Below, in pieces: positions 62,781 through 64,000 of a stretch of DNA of 64,000 nt (the stretch's first letter is position 1; every line of letters starts with the position of its first letter). The notes below the pieces were generated by a model that saw nothing but the letters and a program-made list of their open reading frames with translations, did no database searches and had not been told where the DNA came from. The position numbers and the translations under genes were made by a program. The stretch lies in the NCBI RefSeq assembly GCF_963921235.1, contig NC_086097.1:138696001-138760000 (forward strand). The letters are read 5' to 3'. Source of the DNA: Mobula hypostoma. Its lineage: Eukaryota.

Positions 62781-63748
62781 CACTATGCAGCTGTGGTGGT
62801 TTGCAGTTTTTATTTCACTGCCTCCTTTCACTCTTCTGTTTGCTTCTCTTTCTTTTTCTTTGCCACTTTCTGCCTTCTGCATTCTCCCCTCTCTGGTTGT
62901 TGTATCTCCTCTTTCTTCTCTCTCTTTCTTTCTCTCACCTTCACTCTCTCTGTGCTCCTTTCTCCTCCTCCCTCTCCCTATGTCTCTCTTTCCTCTCACT
63001 CTATATTTCTCCCTCTCCCCTTCCTGTTCCTTCTCTCCTCCTTTCTCTCTCTTTCCCACGTCCTCCTGTCTTTAACACCCCCATCTCTTTCTGCTGCTCA
63101 GTTTAGTGGTGTCTATCACCAATTGTTACTCATTCTCTGCAAGGATATGAGAAAAGACAGAAGCAATGATACAGTAGTTCTGTAAATCTCAACACTGTGG
63201 TGCTGTTAGCCTTGGTATCTCTGTCCTGGCTGATGGTCAGCACTTTGTGAGTTAACTGCTCAGGGTTGGACATTGCTAAAGTTTTGGTTTTTCTACAGGA
63301 AATCTGTAACATCAAACCTGGGCGTGGCTGCAAGATCATCAAGGGGATTGCTTGGGGAGATTTTAGTTTCCCTGAGAGAAGGCATACCTGACCAGGAAGA
63401 ATAGAATTTAAATCTGGTGACAATACAAGGCTGAAGTGATGAAACATCAGACTGGCCGTGGTATTGTTGAACAGTGGGGCTCTGTTCCCAATCTGGACTC
63501 TGAGAACCACTAGGTCTTGGCACTTTGACCATCCCAGATTGGCCATGGTGGGAGGTGGTGAAATTTCAGTGATTTGGAGTGTTGAACCAGTAGAATGAGC
63601 TGTTAAACCTGGCAGCTCTCTGACTTTGTCCCCATTTGCCCCATGTCCTTGTTTCTCTTTCATTCCCTCTTTGTCTTCCAGTGTGATATCCAGCGTTATA
63701 GTTGGTGAGCAGTGTACAGTGAGAGTATTGTGCTTGGTCATTGTACGT

Positions 63749-63864
63749 ACACAGACAGACAGACAGACAGACAGAGGCCCACACACAGACACAGCCAGAC
63801 AGACAGACAGACAGACACACACACACGCAGACACACACACACACAGACACAGACAGACAGACAC

Positions 63865-63962
<98 letters not shown>
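63749..63962. repeat. (ACAG)n/(AC)n compound microsatellite
   Basis: Directly visible. Confidence 0.98.
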
Positions 63963-64000
63963 TGTGTGTTCCTCTCCAATCTCATTGGGTTAATCTTCCC

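Noticed and set aside
62112..63059. Repetitive 196-315 aa ORFs and a CRISPR-like look of the array
   Set aside because: Product of 45/42-bp tandem units; no unique spacers, no cas genes, vertebrate intron.
63140..63310. Possible last RSPO2 exon at the AG sites near 63143 or 63298
   Set aside because: They give only GYEKRQKQ* or GNL*, not the long Lys/Arg-rich tail expected; the true exon is probably beyond the window.
63130..63993. Cys-Val and His-Thr repeat ORFs
   Set aside because: Translations of the (AC)n/(ACAG)n microsatellite.

Overview
Eukaryotic (vertebrate) DNA. The repeat content (CR1, Rex1, Penelope, V-SINE and DeuSINE families) points to a cartilaginous fish, probably a ray; this is an inference. 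The window holds one host gene, an R-spondin of the RSPO2 type on the + strand. It has a CpG island and four coding exons (1012-1105, 49126-49314, 60078-60221, 61626-61814; 94/189/144/189 nt, all phase-1 GT-AG introns) encoding signal peptide, FU1, FU2 and TSP1. The last, basic-tail exon was not found and probably lies beyond the window. The introns are a dense, nested transposon landscape: two young, nearly identical CR1 copies in inverted orientation bracketing the FU1 exon; a Helitron with both termini intact; a Tf1/sushi-type Gypsy relic with a self-priming signature; a solo LTR; a MITE with a 6-bp TSD; several Penelope-like fragments; and 34-, 45/42-, 65- and 88-bp minisatellites. The most notable signal is a recurring minimal type I hammerhead ribozyme motif at the Penelope termini, together with short fold-back derivatives of that terminus. 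Nothing was verified by database search, and boundaries of degraded repeats are approximate.
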